Source of the DNA: Comamonas serinivorans
Lineage (GTDB): Bacteria > Pseudomonadota > Gammaproteobacteria > Burkholderiales > Burkholderiaceae_C
Assembly: GCF_002158865.1 (NCBI RefSeq)
Contig: NZ_CP021455.1
Span: 1,096,835 to 1,160,834, forward strand
DNA: 64,000 bases
Direction: 5' to 3'
The translations under genes were made by a program, and so were the position numbers. The notes below the pieces were generated by a model. That model was given only the letters and a program-made list of their open reading frames with translations. It was not told the origin of the DNA and did no database searches. Positions 33,277-42,365 of this stretch are shown here, one piece after another (the stretch's first letter is position 1; each line of letters starts with the position of its first letter).

Positions 33277-33306
33277 GACCCTTGATTCATCCGGCGCGTT
33301 CTTGAT
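33277..33306. promoter_or_regulatory. direct repeats CTTGATTCA x2 just upstream of rtcR ATG (candidate RtcR/UAS site)
   Basis: CTTGATTCA at 33277-85 and 33298-306; related CTTGATTTG at ~33193; TGAATC motif also upstream of the second sigma54 promoter. Confidence 0.3.
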
Positions 33307-33312
33307 TCAGCC

Positions 33313-34965
33313 ATGAAACCCATTCACGTCATCACCTTCCTGGGCACCCAGCTGGACAGCGGCAACGGTGCCGGCCGCTGGGAGAAGTGGCGGCCCACCG
33401 TGGCGCTGACCCAGCACGAGGACATGGAGGTCGCGCGGCTGGACCTGCTGCTGACCGGGCCCAGCCACCGGGCGCTGGCCGAGCGCGTGCGCGCCGACAT
33501 CGGCACGGTGTCGCCCGCCACCGAGGTCGTGCTGCACGAGTTGGCCGTGGACGATCCCTGGGACTTCGACGTCGTCTACACGCAGCTGTTCGATTGGGCC
33601 CGCGCGCAGGCCTTCGATACCGAGGCCGCGCAGTACTGGGCGCACATCACCACCGGCACGCATGTGGCGCAGATCTGCCTGTTCCTGCTGACCGAGTCGC
33701 GCGTGCTGCCCGGGGTGCTGTGCCAGACCTCGCCGCCCAAGCGGCAGCGCGAGGGCGCGGCCGGTGCCTACACGCTGATCGACCTCGACCTCTCGCGCTA
33801 CGACGCCATCGCCCAGCGCCATGCGGCCGACCAGCGCGATGCAGTGGCCTTCCTGAAAAGCGGCATCGCCACGCGCAATGCGCGCTTCAACGCGCTCATC
33901 GACGAGGTCGAGCGCGTGGCCGTGCGCTCCACCGCGCCGGTGCTGTTCGTGGGGCCCACGGGCGCGGGCAAGTCCTTCCTGGCCCGGCGCATGCACGAGC
34001 TGAAGAAATCGCGCCACCAGATCAACGGCGCCTTCGTCGAAGTCAACTGCGCCACGCTGCGTGGCGACGGCGCGGCCTCGACGCTGTTCGGCCACAAGCG
34101 CGGTGCTTTCACCGGCGCCGCCACCGACCGGCCCGGCCTGCTGCGCGCCGCCGATGGTGGGCTGCTGTTCCTCGACGAAATCGGCGAGCTGGGGGCCGAC
34201 GAGCAGGCCATGCTGCTCATGGCCATCGAAGACAAGCGCTTCTACCCCCTGGGTTCGGACCGCGAGGTGACCAGCGACTTTCAGCTGGTGGCGGGCACCA
34301 ACCGCGACCTGCGCGCCGAGGTCGCCGCGGGGCGGTTTCGCGAAGACCTGTTCTCGCGCATCAACCTGTGGACCTACGAGCTGCCTGGCCTGGCGGGCCG
34401 GCCTGAGGACATCGAACCCAACGTCGACTACCTGCTCACCCGCCATGCGCAAGCCTCGCGCCGCGCGGCCCGCTTCAACGTCGAAGCGCGCCGCGCCTAC
34501 CTGCGCTTTGCGCAAAGCGGCGAAGCGCTGTGGCGCGGCAATTTCCGCGACCTGTATGCCAGCGTGACGCGCCTGGCGACCCTGGCCGAGGGCGGGCGCA
34601 TCACCGAGCCGCTGGTGGTGGCTGAGATCAAACGGCTGCGCTGGATGTGGACGCGCGACAGCGCGGTGGCGGCGCCCGGCGCGCGCGCCTCGGGGGGCTC
34701 GCCGGGGGCGATGGCGGTCGATGCGGCGAGCGTGGACCTGGCCGACTTCTACGACGAAGCGGCCCTGGAGCAGATCGACCTGTTCGACCGCGTGCAGCTG
34801 CAGGGCGTCATCGCGGTGTGCCAGCGCTCGCGCACGCTGTCGGACGCGGGGCGCCAGCTGTACCAGGCCTCGCGGGCGCAACGCGCGGCGTTGAACGATT
34901 CGGACCGCCTGCGCAAGTACCTGGCCAAGTTCAACCTGAGCTGGGACCGCGTCAGCACACGATGA
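33313..34965 (+). CDS. rtcR: RtcR, sigma54-dependent transcriptional activator with N-terminal CARF domain
   Basis: MKPIHVITFLGTQLD..RWEKWRPTV (CARF); AAA+ core VLFVGPTGAGKS..GAFTGA..GLLFLDEIGEL. Confidence 0.85.
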   Translation: MKPIHVITFLGTQLDSGNGAGRWEKWRPTVALTQHEDMEVARLDLLLTGPSHRALAERVRADIGTVSPATEVVLHELAVDDPWDFDVVYTQLFDWARAQAFDTEAAQYWAHITTGTHVAQICLFLLTESRVLPGVLCQTSPPKRQREGAAGAYTLIDLDLSRYDAIAQRHAADQRDAVAFLKSGIATRNARFNALIDEVERVAVRSTAPVLFVGPTGAGKSFLARRMHELKKSRHQINGAFVEVNCATLRGDGAASTLFGHKRGAFTGAATDRPGLLRAADGGLLFLDEIGELGADEQAMLLMAIEDKRFYPLGSDREVTSDFQLVAGTNRDLRAEVAAGRFREDLFSRINLWTYELPGLAGRPEDIEPNVDYLLTRHAQASRRAARFNVEARRAYLRFAQSGEALWRGNFRDLYASVTRLATLAEGGRITEPLVVAEIKRLRWMWTRDSAVAAPGARASGGSPGAMAVDAASVDLADFYDEAALEQIDLFDRVQLQGVIAVCQRSRTLSDAGRQLYQASRAQRAALNDSDRLRKYLAKFNLSWDRVSTR

Positions 34966-34966
34966 T

Positions 34967-35019
34967 GGGGTATGGTGTGAATGCCGTTTTCCATGAAACG
35001 GAAATGGCCTGATACTGCC
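34967..35019. repeat. R1 repeat unit immediately after rtcR stop
   Basis: GGGGTATGGTGTGAA TGCCGTTTTccatgAAACGGaAATGG CCTGATACTGCC. Confidence 0.7.
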
Positions 35020-35133
35020 AAGGCTAAGCATTCCACAATGGGATGATCAACAGCGCGCCCGCCGGCTTGCACGGTGGGGCGCATGCAGCGGCTGGCCCAA
35101 GGCCGGGTGCACGACATGGAGAGGGAGACGCAC

Positions 35134-35802
35134 ATGGCGCAGTACATCGAGGTCATTGGACAGGCCAGCGTGAGCGAAGTGGCCGTGGAGCAGCGCGTGG
35201 CGCTGACGGTGTCGCACCGCGGCAAGGGCGGTGGCATGTCGGACAAGGTGGTGGCGCACAAGGCCACGCAGCAGCGTGAGCGGGTGATCGCCACGCTGCT
35301 GGCCCACGGCATGCGGGAGCACGAATTGCATGAGGGCGGCATGGACAGCGGCACCTGGCACTTCAAGCGCAAGCGCGAGGTGCACCACAGCCACCGCATC
35401 CTGCTGATCTGCGAGGACGACGCGCGCCTGTTTGCGGCCCTCGAGGCCCTGGCGCCGCTGCAGGACGAGGGCGAGCTTGACTTGCAACTGGACATGCTGG
35501 ACGCCCGCTACGAGGTGCCGGCCGGTGCGCTGAGCGGGGCGCAGCAGGCGGCGGTGGCGCATGCCCGTGAGCATGCGAATGGCCTGGCGCAGGCTGCCGG
35601 CGTGGCGCTGGGCGCGGTGGTGCAGGTGCAAGAGCTGGCGCCGGCGCGGGAGCGTTCGGGTGCCTATGGCGAGTCCTGGTATGGCTTGGCCGCCGCAGGC
35701 GGCGCGGCTGCGGCACCGGCCATGACCCTCTTGGCGAGTAACCAGCGCACGCGCACCTTGAGCTACCGCGTGCGCTTTGCGCTGCAGCGGGCTGTGCCCT
35801 GA
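35134..35802 (+). CDS. SIMPL/DUF541-like protein without signal peptide
   Basis: YIEVIGQASVSEVAVEQRVALTV ... ARYEVPAGALSGAQQAAVAHAREHANGLAQAAGVALGAVVQVQE; RBS GGAGAGGGAG. Confidence 0.5.
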   Translation: MAQYIEVIGQASVSEVAVEQRVALTVSHRGKGGGMSDKVVAHKATQQRERVIATLLAHGMREHELHEGGMDSGTWHFKRKREVHHSHRILLICEDDARLFAALEALAPLQDEGELDLQLDMLDARYEVPAGALSGAQQAAVAHAREHANGLAQAAGVALGAVVQVQELAPARERSGAYGESWYGLAAAGGAAAAPAMTLLASNQRTRTLSYRVRFALQRAVP

Positions 35803-35882
35803 CGCGCGTCGTTCGCCGCAACGCCTGGGCCGCGGTGGCCTGAATGTCGGTCCGACCGTGCACTGGGCAGGACGTGGGGCCA

Positions 35883-35915
35883 GTGAATCGCCTGCAACGC
35901 CCCTGCAGACGATTC
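35883..35915. promoter_or_regulatory. inverted repeat TGAATCG-N19-CGATTCA, candidate enhancer (UAS) ~125 bp upstream of the sigma54 promoter
   Basis: 7-bp perfect arms; shares the TGAATC core with the CTTGATTCA repeats upstream of rtcR. Confidence 0.3.
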
Positions 35916-36024
35916 ATGGGCGGGCGTAGAGTTCGCATCGAAAGCGATACAGTGGGATCGTGTTCGGCGGTCATGGTGGCGTGCAGCCCTGCTGTCGCCC
36001 TGGGGTGAAGCGGGATGGGCCGAA

Positions 36025-36041
36025 CTGGCACGGCCGTTGCG
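36025..36041 (+). promoter_or_regulatory. sigma54 (RpoN) promoter, near-consensus
   Basis: CTGGCACGGCCGTTGCG = YTGGCACGr-N3-TTGC with exact -24/-12 spacing; ~15 nt upstream of the tRNA-like element. Confidence 0.6.
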
Positions 36042-36055
36042 AAGGATGAGGTGAA

Positions 36056-36149
36056 CGTGGGCCCAGGTCTGGGGTGGCGCAAAGCGAGCGCGTCGGACTT
36101 GAATCCGAAGGGTGCTGGTGCAAGTCCAGCCCCCAGACCTGGGCCCGCG
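36056..36149 (+). ncRNA. tRNA-like cloverleaf closed by 16-19 bp perfect helix (Y-RNA/YrlA-like candidate ncRNA)
   Basis: GGGCCCAGGTCTGGGG(36059-74)/CCCCAGACCTGGGCCC(36131-46); inner arms GCGC-AAAGCGA-GCGC, CGGA-CTTGAAT-TCCG, GCTGG-TGCAAGT-CCAGC with 2-nt and 5-6-nt linkers as in tRNA. Confidence 0.5.
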
Positions 36150-36422
36150 AAACCCGGGGGCGCGACGGCGCGAGGCAGGCCTTGACGCGGCGGCCGTGTC
36201 GGCAAGGGTGCAGCGAGAAGCGGCTACCAGGCCGGTTGCCACGCATCGCAGCCCGTCGGCCAGCCCGACCGGCAGGGGATGAGGTCAGGTGTGCAACGGT
36301 CTGGCGCAGTTCAAGGAGAACGCCCGACCATGCATCGGGAAGGTGCTGGACAAGCCAGCCGCCAGACCGTTGCGCATGGGCCAGTCCCCGTCCCGATCCA
36401 CACGAACACAGGGAGAGCGGCC

Positions 36423-39320
36423 ATGGGCCAGCACGACGAAGAGCACTCACCGGACGCCGGTGAGCACCCGGTGCCGCCGGCGCATGCGGCATCCGGGCTT
36501 GCCCAGGCGAACCCGGGCTGGGCAGCCGGCCAGCTTGCACGCGCCCGTGCGGCTTTGGCACAGGCACAGGTACAGCGGGACCCGTCAGGGCCCGACGCGG
36601 CCGGCGCTGCGTCATCCGCGGATACCGACGCTGCAGGCCACGCCGTGGCGCGTGCGCTGGCCAAGGTGAATGCCTGGCGCCAGGCCTTGGCCGGCATGGC
36701 CAGTGGCGAGCTGCAGGTGGGGTCGCGCACGCCGCTGCGCAACGTGGCGGCCTGGCTCACGCCGAATGTGTTGCACGGCGGATTCGCCTCGGGCCAGCTG
36801 ATGGCCGGGGGGCGCGCGCAAGCACACGAGACGCACTGGCTGGCGCAACTGGCGGCCGGTCAGCCGCTGGGCAGCACGCCGACCGACTGTGCCCGGATGG
36901 CCACGCTGGCGGCACAGCCCGTGGACCGCAGCACGCTGCCCCAGAAGCTGGACCGCACGCCGCTGAACGACTGGTTCCTGACCGAGGCGGGCCTGCAGCA
37001 GCTGATGCAGTGGCTGGACGACGGCCGCTGGCGCATCGCCGTGCCCGAGGAGGGCGCCTTGCTGGTGGTGGCCTGGCTGCTGAGGCAGGGGCATGACACC
37101 TCGGCGGCCCGCCTGTTGGACACCCTGTCGCCCTACTGGCACCGCGTTCGCTTTTACCCGCAGCCCGCTGCGACGCCCATGCCGGCGCTCGACCGCGTGA
37201 GCCTGCGCAGCGCGCAGGACGTGATGGCGCAGTTGAACCAGCTGCAGACGCCGCCCGCGGTGCTGGCCCAGCACCAAGCCATCCACGTGTGGCGCCCCTT
37301 GCTCGACGAGCTGGTGCTGCTGTGGCTGCAGGCCGTGCCCGGCGCGCTGCACGGCCCTGACGCTGCCGCGGCCCATGGCGAATCCGGGCGAGGTGCCGAC
37401 GGCGCCGTGACGGATGCGCTGCCGCGCCTGCGTGCCGGCACGCGCGAGGCCGAAGGCGGCTTGCCCCTGGCCGAGCCCGACGCCGACTGGCGGCAGCAGG
37501 CGGCGGCCTGGCGCCTGCGGGCGCGCGAGGCCGAGGCGCAGCACACGCGCAGCCGGGCGCACCGCAAGCCCGGCTCGCACGTGGCGCAGTTGTGGGCCAT
37601 GCTGGACCAGGTGCTGCAAGGTCAGGCCCTGAGCGAGGCACAGCGCCGCCGGCTGCGCTTTGTGCTGGCGTGCCAGGTCAGCGCCCATGGCGTGCCAGGC
37701 GATGCGAGGCACCACACCTGGCGCGCCGCGCAACGGGCGCAGACCGACACCGTGTGGCGCGCCCACTGGGCGTACGCACTGGCCGCGCGCGTGCAGGCGC
37801 AGGGCCCCTACGCGCTGGGCGATGGCCTGCCGGATCTGGACACCGCGCTGCAAGCTGCCACGGCGCAAGAGGCACAACAACATGCGCACCTGCCCGAAGG
37901 CACCGTGGTCTGGCCCAGCCTGCGCCGCAAGCTGCGCCGCGCCCACTTGGCCACCGTGCCGCAGCTGGTGCAAGCCGGCATCGTGCCGTCGAGCGAGGTG
38001 CTGGCCAGCGTGCTGCCCGGCACCACGGGCGCACAGCTGGCGCGCACCATGCCCGATGCGGCCAGCGCGCGGCTGCTGGGCGCGCTGTGGCGTGCGTTTC
38101 GCGGGCGACGCTCGGTGCTGCTGCTGAACCACGAGTCGCAGGTGCGCTTTCACGAGCTGCCCTGGGTGCTGCGCTTGCAGCAGCACGCCTGCGTGCCGGC
38201 GACGGCCGCCGGGACCGAGGGCGATTCGGCACATCGCTGGGACATGGCCGGCCTGGCGCGCAGCCAGGCGTTGGCGCAGCTGGATGCGGCCGCGCGCCTG
38301 GCGCTGACGCAATTCCCGCAATCGGCCTTCCCGAACCCGCTGCTGTGGGAGCTTCGCGCGCTGGCCGAGCAGGGTGGCTGGCAGCCGCCGTGGGTCGAAG
38401 ACATCGCGGCCGACATCTTCATGGGCAGCTTTGGGCCCAAGTTCGGGCAGGCCGTGCACGACGCGCTGCCCTGGTTGCAGGGCAGCCTGTATGCGCAGCA
38501 TTTCCAGCTCGACCTGGAGGCGCTGCGCCTGGCCATGGCGCCGGCCGTGGCCTGCCACGCGGCCTTTCAGCGTTACGCCGAAACGCCAGCGGGCTCACCC
38601 GGCAACCCCGCGGCCAAGCGCGAACAACAGGCCTTGCTGCAGCGCTATCACGCGGCGCCCGACCTGCTGGTGGCGCACCTGCGTGCGCGCACGGGCTGGT
38701 CGGCCGACGCCCGCGGCGTGGGCGCGAATGGCGCCGTCATCGAGCAGATGGGCCTGGTCAGCACGGCCAACTTCGCGCCGCTGGCGCAGCGCTTTGGCTG
38801 GGGCGTGGCCGGTGCCGGTTTGCGCGATGCCACGGCCCAGGCGCGCGAGCTCCAGGGGTGGGCGCAGGCCGCACGCACGGGCTTCGAGCGGCTGTGCGCG
38901 GGGCTGGACCTGGGCGTGCGCGAAGCCGGCGCCATGCTGGACAAGCCGCCAACCCAGATCCAGGCGACAAACCCGGCGGATGCCCATGCGGCAGCGACAG
39001 AAGCCCAGGCCGCCGACCGCCTGCTGGCCGAGCGCGTGCGCCGGGCCGCCACCAGCTGGCGCCAGGTCGTGCTGCTGCTGAGCCTGCTGCCCGCCGAGCA
39101 GCAGCGCGCCAACCTGCTGGGCATGCAGCGCCACCTCGCGGCCTGTGACACCCCCGCCAGCCGGGGCGTGACGCGCGCCCTGGCGCCCCAGCTGGCCGAC
39201 CTGATGGCCTGTGTGCAAGGCCAGGCGCGCGACGCCGGTCGGCCACCGTTCCACGGCTGGACCCAGCCAGGGCAGCGGGGCGTGCTGTTCACCCTGCGCC
39301 AGGGCCTGAAGGCCGGGTGA
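36423..39320 (+). CDS. large hypothetical protein (~965 aa), Ala/Leu-rich, no recognised domain; sits where RtcB is normally found
   Basis: 3-kb ORF on the operon strand with high GC3; SD GGGAGAG 5 nt before ATG 36423 (alternative ATGs at 36330 and 36279 have low-GC3 codons). Confidence 0.55.
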   Translation: MGQHDEEHSPDAGEHPVPPAHAASGLAQANPGWAAGQLARARAALAQAQVQRDPSGPDAAGAASSADTDAAGHAVARALAKVNAWRQALAGMASGELQVGSRTPLRNVAAWLTPNVLHGGFASGQLMAGGRAQAHETHWLAQLAAGQPLGSTPTDCARMATLAAQPVDRSTLPQKLDRTPLNDWFLTEAGLQQLMQWLDDGRWRIAVPEEGALLVVAWLLRQGHDTSAARLLDTLSPYWHRVRFYPQPAATPMPALDRVSLRSAQDVMAQLNQLQTPPAVLAQHQAIHVWRPLLDELVLLWLQAVPGALHGPDAAAAHGESGRGADGAVTDALPRLRAGTREAEGGLPLAEPDADWRQQAAAWRLRAREAEAQHTRSRAHRKPGSHVAQLWAMLDQVLQGQALSEAQRRRLRFVLACQVSAHGVPGDARHHTWRAAQRAQTDTVWRAHWAYALAARVQAQGPYALGDGLPDLDTALQAATAQEAQQHAHLPEGTVVWPSLRRKLRRAHLATVPQLVQAGIVPSSEVLASVLPGTTGAQLARTMPDAASARLLGALWRAFRGRRSVLLLNHESQVRFHELPWVLRLQQHACVPATAAGTEGDSAHRWDMAGLARSQALAQLDAAARLALTQFPQSAFPNPLLWELRALAEQGGWQPPWVEDIAADIFMGSFGPKFGQAVHDALPWLQGSLYAQHFQLDLEALRLAMAPAVACHAAFQRYAETPAGSPGNPAAKREQQALLQRYHAAPDLLVAHLRARTGWSADARGVGANGAVIEQMGLVSTANFAPLAQRFGWGVAGAGLRDATAQARELQGWAQAARTGFERLCAGLDLGVREAGAMLDKPPTQIQATNPADAHAAATEAQAADRLLAERVRRAATSWRQVVLLLSLLPAEQQRANLLGMQRHLAACDTPASRGVTRALAPQLADLMACVQGQARDAGRPPFHGWTQPGQRGVLFTLRQGLKAG

Positions 39321-39710
39321 GCAGGTCGGGTGAGGTCAGGTGAAGCCAGCGGGGCCATGGGGCCCCATCTTCCAGGTTGGCCCGAATGGTGACCGTGGGT
39401 CTGGGTGCCGGTGCTGCCGCCCCAGGCGTTCGCTGTGGGCGCCTGGCGGACTGGCGCCGAGGAACGGAGGAGCTTGCGCGACAATCCGGCATCCGGTCCG
39501 GGCGAGGCTCGCTAGGACATGGCCATGGCGCGCGGCGGTCAGCACGCGGCGGTGTCGGCCCCGCAGCCGCGCGATCCCGGTGGTCGGGTGCAAGTGCCCT
39601 GTCGGCTTGCGTTCCACGCCAACAGGCCTGCTGCCGTGCCTCGTGCCATGTCAACCGTTGCTTGACGGTCGGCGGGCCCCGTGCCCACGCCGTGTTGTTC
39701 AGAAGTACCC

Positions 39711-40454
39711 ATGCCTTTACGCATCGACGAAGCCATCACCCAGCTGGATCACGGCTGGCTCAGCCATTTGAAATCGCAGGGTTACGGCGGCGATGCCTTG
39801 CGCCAGGCGATCGACCTGGTGCTGTACGCCCAACAGCAGGCGGCGGCGCGCAACAGCGCCGAGTTCAAGGCCGCCATCGCGCGCGTCAACCACCTGGTGG
39901 GGGCGGGCATCGCGTGTGACAACAACGGCGACTACCTGTACACGGCCGAGTGGCGCGACCCGGCTTGCGCCGGGCTGGGCTTCGCCATCGAATACGCGGC
40001 CGACCCGGCCAGCTGGCGGGCCGAGTTCCGCATGCCCGGCTGCTGGCCGCACACCGTGGACAACCTCGACATCACCGACACCCGCGCTGTGGACCACGAC
40101 TTTGCGCTCTGGCTGGCGCGCGCCAGTGCCCGCCATTTCACGCACCTGATCGAACGCCAGCTGCCCGAAGGCGAAGCACTGCGCGCGCCCTGTACGGCGG
40201 CCGTGCGGGCCGGCACCTGGGCCGAATTCGTGTGCCTGCACCCACTGCAACCCGTGGCCCGCCTGGGGCACGAGCGGCTGGAGCAGGCCGCCTGGTCGGC
40301 CCAATACCCCAGTGCCGCCCAGCGCGAGTTGCAGGCCCGCTTCGATGTGCAGAGCGCCTTGCTGCTGCGCTTGATCGTGGTTCAGCAGGCAGCATGGGCT
40401 TGGCATGAAGAGTATGGCGACAATCGCGATGACGATTCAACGGGAAGGCATTGA
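39711..40454 (+). CDS. hypothetical protein (~247 aa); last ~16 codons and the stop are encoded by an R1 repeat
   Basis: ORF with typical codon usage until ~40405, then runs into repeat GAAGAGTATGGCGAC... Confidence 0.45.
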   Translation: MPLRIDEAITQLDHGWLSHLKSQGYGGDALRQAIDLVLYAQQQAAARNSAEFKAAIARVNHLVGAGIACDNNGDYLYTAEWRDPACAGLGFAIEYAADPASWRAEFRMPGCWPHTVDNLDITDTRAVDHDFALWLARASARHFTHLIERQLPEGEALRAPCTAAVRAGTWAEFVCLHPLQPVARLGHERLEQAAWSAQYPSAAQRELQARFDVQSALLLRLIVVQQAAWAWHEEYGDNRDDDSTGRH

Positions 40455-40460
40455 TACTCC
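40407..40460. repeat. R1 repeat unit (variant inner)
   Basis: GAAGAGTATGGCGACA ATCGCGATGACGATTCAACGGGAAGGCATT GATACTCC. Confidence 0.55.
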
Positions 40461-40987
40461 ATTTGATGTGGCGCTTGCTGAGGGCTGCTTGCCCGACACC
40501 GGAAGGCTGGCGTCGACGCAGGGACATGACGCGTGGCCAGCGGTGCATGGGCTCGCCAGCCGCCCGCACAGCGCCCCCAACCCGCTGACTGGGCGTCCTG
40601 ATGCAGCAGGCCTGGCTCGACCTGCCCGTGCTCTTTCGCCTGCATGCGCAGGCGCGTGGCCAACAGGTGGCGCAGCCCGAGCGGGCCGATGGGGTGTTCG
40701 CCATCCAGGGCACGGCCAGCGCGCAGCCTCACACCGTCCGAGACGGACCGCATCCGGGCCGATTGCCTGTGAAGGCGGGCTTGCAAGGGGCGCTGCATGG
40801 ATCGCTGGCGCGCTGGATGAATCAAGCCAGTTTGGCTTGCGGTGGCTGAGCCGTGGCGAGGCGCAGGCGCCCTCGACGCCAAGTGCTTGATCCGGCAAGG
40901 GTTTGCGCGGCTCGCCTGTTGATTTGGCGGGGCCTGGCACGCCGCGTGCAACGAGGATGGCCACACACAACTCAACTGGGAGCACAC

Positions 40988-42193
40988 ATGCCAACCGACG
41001 ACCAGGTGGAGGCGAAGCCGCGTCACCGTGACCCAGCTCGCACGGCCACCGCCGCAGACACCAAAAGCGTGACCGGCGCAGCGCAGACGGGCCGTGGCGC
41101 AGCCATCGAGATCGATGGCTCGCAGGGCGAGGGCGGCGGGCAGATCCTGCGCACGGCGCTGGCCTTGTCCATGATCACCGGCCAGCCGCTGCACCTGCGC
41201 GCCATCCGCGCCAAGCGGCCCAAGCCCGGGCTCATGCGCCAGCACCTGATGTGCGTGCAGGCGGCCGCGCAGGTCAGCGGGGCCCACATCAGCGGGGCCG
41301 AGCTGGGGGCCACCGAGTTGCGCTTCGCGCCGGGCCCGGTGCGGGCGAGCGCCTACGAATTTGCCATGGCCAGCGCAGGCAGCTGCATGCTGGTGCTGCA
41401 GACCGTGCTGCCGGCGTTGATGCTGGCCGATGCCCCCAGCACGCTGGTGCTGCGGGGCGGCACGCACAACCCCATGGCGCCCAGCTTCCACTTTGTGCGC
41501 GATGCCTTTGCGCCGCTGGTGCAGCGCCTGGGCGCCGGCCTGACGCTGCAGCTGCAGCGGCTGGGCTTTTACCCCGCAGGCGGTGGCGAGGTCACGGCCA
41601 CCATCACGCCTGCGGCCCGCCTGACCCCGTTCGACCTGACCGAGCGTGGCGAGCTGCAGCAGGGCGATGCTCTGTGCCTGACGCCGGGGCTGTCGGGGTC
41701 GATCGCGCGCCGCGAGCTGACGGCGCTGGGCCAGGCCATGGGCTGGGGCGAGGACCGCTTGCGCTTTGGCGAGGCCAGGCAGCACGAGGGGCCGGGCAAT
41801 GCCTTGATCGCCCGCCTGCGCTACGCCCACGTGACCGAGGTGTTCGTCGAGCTTGGGGCCCGCAACCTGTCGTCGGAGCAGGTGGCCGGCAAGCTGGTGC
41901 AGGCCATCCGGGCGTTTCAACGCCGGCCAGGTGCCGCGGTGGGCCCACACTTGGCCGACCAGCTGGTGCTGCTGCAGGCCCTGGCCGTGTGGCAGGCCGG
42001 ACGGACCGGCAGCCAGGCGGATGCGCCCCACGCCGATGTGCCCCAGGCGGATGTGCCGCAAGCACGCTTCTCGTGCAGCGAGGTGACCGAGCACTTGCGC
42101 ACCAACTGCGTGGTGATCGAACGCTTTCTGCCCGTGCGCTGCACGCTGACCCAGGGCCCTGTGTCCCGGGTGACGGTGCGCTGGGCGGGGTGA
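40988..42193 (+). CDS. rtcA: RNA 3'-terminal phosphate cyclase
   Basis: IEIDGSQGEGGGQILRTALALSMITGQPLHLRAIRAKRPKPGL matches RtcA N-terminal signature; ~40-aa N-extension if ATG 40988 (SD GGGAG) is used. Confidence 0.85.
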   Translation: MPTDDQVEAKPRHRDPARTATAADTKSVTGAAQTGRGAAIEIDGSQGEGGGQILRTALALSMITGQPLHLRAIRAKRPKPGLMRQHLMCVQAAAQVSGAHISGAELGATELRFAPGPVRASAYEFAMASAGSCMLVLQTVLPALMLADAPSTLVLRGGTHNPMAPSFHFVRDAFAPLVQRLGAGLTLQLQRLGFYPAGGGEVTATITPAARLTPFDLTERGELQQGDALCLTPGLSGSIARRELTALGQAMGWGEDRLRFGEARQHEGPGNALIARLRYAHVTEVFVELGARNLSSEQVAGKLVQAIRAFQRRPGAAVGPHLADQLVLLQALAVWQAGRTGSQADAPHADVPQADVPQARFSCSEVTEHLRTNCVVIERFLPVRCTLTQGPVSRVTVRWAG

Positions 42194-42365
42194 GTCCCGC
42201 GCGCCAGTCGGGGCACTGAGGCGGGCTGGCGGGGCCCCTGGCCTCGCCGGCCGGGCCCATGCCATCCCGCGCAAGGCCCGCCGGCGCCGAGGTGCCCGGC
42301 GCCGCGCAACGGACGATGCGCGGAGCTAGGGCCGGGGTGAGCGGGATGGGCGACAATCGCGCGCC

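Noticed and set aside
36056-36149. Interpretation as a miniature MITE with 16-bp terminal inverted repeats
   Set aside because: No target-site duplication at the flanks, the interior folds as a tRNA-like cloverleaf, and it sits immediately downstream of a sigma54 promoter in an rtcR operon; alternative retained in the refutation criteria
36612-38558. 648-aa ORF on - strand
   Set aside because: Antisense to the 965-aa ORF; composition (R/G/A/Q-rich, no hydrophobic core pattern) and the operon direction favour the + strand gene
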